In this document: in pieces, positions 60,934 through 64,000 of the stretch
How the letters are laid out: the number at the start of each line of letters is the position of its first letter
How positions within the stretch are numbered: position 1 is the first letter of the stretch
Origin: Paraspadella gotoi
Lineage: Eukaryota; Animalia; Chaetognatha
Direction: 5' to 3'
DNA: 64,000 bases
Assembly: GCA_051294375.1 (NCBI GenBank)
Contig: CM119266.1
Span: forward strand, 13,766,735-13,830,734
Made by a program: the position numbers and the translations under genes
Notes under the pieces: model-generated
What the model was told of the DNA's origin: nothing
Database searches by the model: none
The model's input: only the letters and a program-made list of their open reading frames with translations

Positions 60934-61849
60934 GCCTTCACTTTTCGTTATAAAATCCTGGAATTCTTAGTTGATTCGCATTTAAATTCCAATCTAAAAG
61001 TAGAAGATTGGGTTGAAATTTATTGAATGAAATACGCAAGAATCAACTGAAAAAATTAGAATTTTATTTTAAATTAAGATGTTAGAAATTAACGCCCCAG
61101 AGAGTCTTTGGATCTAACAAAGAACCCGAAATATACCTGTATTACGACTCCAATTCCTCGCGATTTTCTTTATTCACACGAACTTGATTAATGCAATCGC
61201 CTCTTTTCTGAGAAATGACGACGTCAGAGCTGAAACGATTCTGATTGGTCGGTTTCGCTCGTGAGGAGGATCGGAACGAATCACATTTCAGGATCGACGA
61301 GATCAGGGAAATCCTGATATGGATGAGGATATGATCATATGGGTTAAAGTTCCTCTTTCTCTCTCTTAATTACGAGGGCAGCGCCGCGAAGCATTTTCCT
61401 TTCCCCTCCGTGAATCACGGCGTGTTTAAGCCTTTTCCCTCGCGAAGCAGACGCCGACCTGATGCCGCAGATAAAATTGATCCTTTGCGTTCGTCTGACC
61501 AAAGCTCGTCAAATTCCGCCCATTGGCATCGCGGTGACGGCTCACGCCATTCGTCGACGGTCCCTCTTCAAATTGTCCAAACCTCGGCCCCGTTTTTATT
61601 CCCTTCCGTCCCGATGTTCCTCGTTCATCTCAATTTCTCTTTTTCATACCCCCTCCCTATTTTTTTTTATAAGGGGGCGGCGTTCTTTTCTCTTACTCCC
61701 TTTTCTCCCTTCCTTCACCAAAAAAAAATGGGGGGGGGAGCGTGAGAACGTGAAACGAGGCTTCCGGGACCGAGTCGCTGGGGACTCACATCGCCGGCCC
61801 GGTGAGATAAACACGAACCACAAAACCAGAGAGAGAGAGAGAGAGAGAT

Positions 61850-61925
<76 letters not shown>

Positions 61926-64000
61926 ACAGAGTCTCTCTTTCTTTCTGACGGATGCGAATGTCAAGCATTTTTTTCACAACCTATCACGAGGAGAAAAATT
62001 GCCAAACGAAACTAAGAACGATAAAAAAAAGATGAAGTTTGGGGAGGCGAGCCGCGCATGGGGGGGGAGGCCCGGGGACGCAAGCGGAGGTATAAATTGT
62101 GCCGTCGGTGGCGCCACTTAACGGCGAAAGTGGGTAGGCAGGGCAAAGTGGCGATAAAAACAGAGTGGCGTCGATGTTATGGGAAGGTGCGCCGACGCCG
62201 AGTTGGCGCCGCCATCTGTCACTGAAAAAAAAAACGGGAAGCGGCGTGAATTGGCGTAACGGACCGAAAAGCGAGAAACGGGATTCGAAATTGCGCTCTT
62301 CGTTATAATCCAAACAACACGACGGCGGGGAAAAATAAACGGAAGAAAAAAAAGGGCATCTCTCTCTCTCGATGTTGACGACGAAAAAATAACTGGATAT
62401 AAACAACTCGAGGGAAAAAAGAAACCAATTCCGCTGTTTAAGTTTTAGCTATATTTTCTCTTCGACCTCCCGAGAATTTTTTTTATTTCTTTGATGGTCA
62501 ACGATTCACAGTTCATAATTAAATTGCAATACGATTTGAGGTTGAGAGGTTCCTGCTGATATAAAGATAAAAGTTTTGTTATAATTATCCGAAAGTAATA
62601 CAAGGCAAAAATATGTATGCATCTATATAAATACGTAGCCGGTCCAAAGTCGGACAAGATCTAGCCTATTAGGTTATTTGTAAACTACAAGACCGAGATT
62701 TTGTAATAATACTTTAATATTCTGACAAATGAATTTAATTTCGTATTGTTTTTACCAATTTCATAAACTGAATTAAATAAACTGATGACCTTCCCATTGT
62801 ATAAAAATAAAAAATAAAAAATATTCAAAAAAGAAATAATTTAAAAAGTAGAATAAAGAAAAAATATAATTTTAAAATTATATTCATGACATAAAGGTGC
62901 CCCTATAGACCTTTCCCCGGTATGTATCCCTATCAGAACATACAATTCTACATGGTAGTCTTATCCCTATTGGTAAAAAAAATCATATATAACTTTGATC
63001 ACACCTCAAAAAATTATCCATTCCCACCCCTTTCTGTTCAGCCTCTTAGATATTATGATTTTTCATTAATGACTTTCTAACAGAAATGATGTGGGATATC
63101 TATTAGAAAACTAGGACAGATAGTAATCTAACCTTGTGTTGTATAGATGCTCCCTCTATTTCCAGAAGACAACACTGACTTCCCCTTCCCAAATTGAATT
63201 ATTAGATAAATAAAACATTTTTAAGAAAGAAAGCAATATATATTTGATTAAATAATAAGATTAATACTATATCCTTCATAAAATAGAAAAATAGAAAATA
63301 GTGAAACAAGTAATTTGCAAATTTTCATAAACAAATACAAGATTGAATAATGAAAGAAATTATAATAATCTAATTAAAAATAAAGACCAAAGAGAAAACA
63401 TTCCCGAACACGAGCCGAACCGACGCCGAGGGCGATTCGTTACAATCGGCTTCGTTCTTTCGATCGCACTAAATCCTCATCCTCATCCGCACCAAATCCT
63501 CATCCTCATCCTCATCCTCATCCTCATCCGTGAGGCTGAGACCGTTAATGCTGTTTAGATGGGCGTTGCTGCTGACGTTGCTGCAACGATGTCGTCGTAA
63601 AAGTCGTAGCTGTTGAGATGTTTTTACGTCGATAGTGAAATCCACCTTCGTTTATGACTGCTCGAGACTGTTGCCAATGTGGGCGTGACTGTTTTCCATC
63701 GCGTTACGGCGCTCATCCTCGAGCAGCAGCGTTGAAGCCGTTTTCTCGTTTCCATCGACTCGGATCGCGATGATGAAAACGACGACGATGACGACGACGG
63801 GGATTAGGTTCGCCCTTCTATTTCCATCATATTCCGACTCGACCGGAAATGGCACGGTTCCATTTCCGTCCGGACGTCGATACGCGTTTTAATGTTCCTT
63901 TCTTCCTCTTATCTGCGAAACATCGTCGGATCCCCGGCCTCCCTTCTTATACGCAGCGACCCCACTCCACCGCATCCAAACCCACGCTTCCTCCATTATG

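Noticed and set aside
63540-63900. GC-balanced stretch that looks partly coding
   Set aside because: No frame gives a recognisable motif or consistent splice sites within the window.

Overview
Animal (invertebrate metazoan-like) nuclear DNA from a gapped draft scaffold. GC-rich exons sit among AT-rich introns, with abundant (GA)n, (GTC)n, (TAA)n and (CTTT)n microsatellites and many N gaps. By manual splicing I reconstruct six protein-coding genes: (1) a 3-exon secreted prepro-knottin resembling agatoxin-like peptides and agouti, absent from the ORF track (4427-4995, +); (2) RP2/XRP2 (21913-26607, -); (3) a 5-exon SAM-like/RA/RA/coiled-coil/PDZ-like scaffold (27515-31081, -); (4) CCDC74-like, with an upstream RFX X-box (31911-33911, -); (5) a short classical-type cadherin whose beta-catenin-binding tail continues in the same exon into a calmodulin-like four-EF-hand domain (48028-52234, -), the most striking item; (6) a P-loop GTPase with an IBR/Rcat-like Cys module (59282-60933, -). 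Also present are a tRNA-Arg(TCG) gene plus a defective copy, and a 10.6 kb inverted duplication. One arm of the duplication carries a 4.55 kb TA-flanked long-TIR transposon and the other arm shows the empty site. There are also Kolobok-like and hAT-like non-autonomous elements, a decayed Ty3/Gypsy element and an intronic palindrome with hammerhead-like cores. Several regions beside 25-N gaps look like unpolished long-read fill, so indels there should be treated with caution. All domain calls come from visual motif recognition, not database searches.
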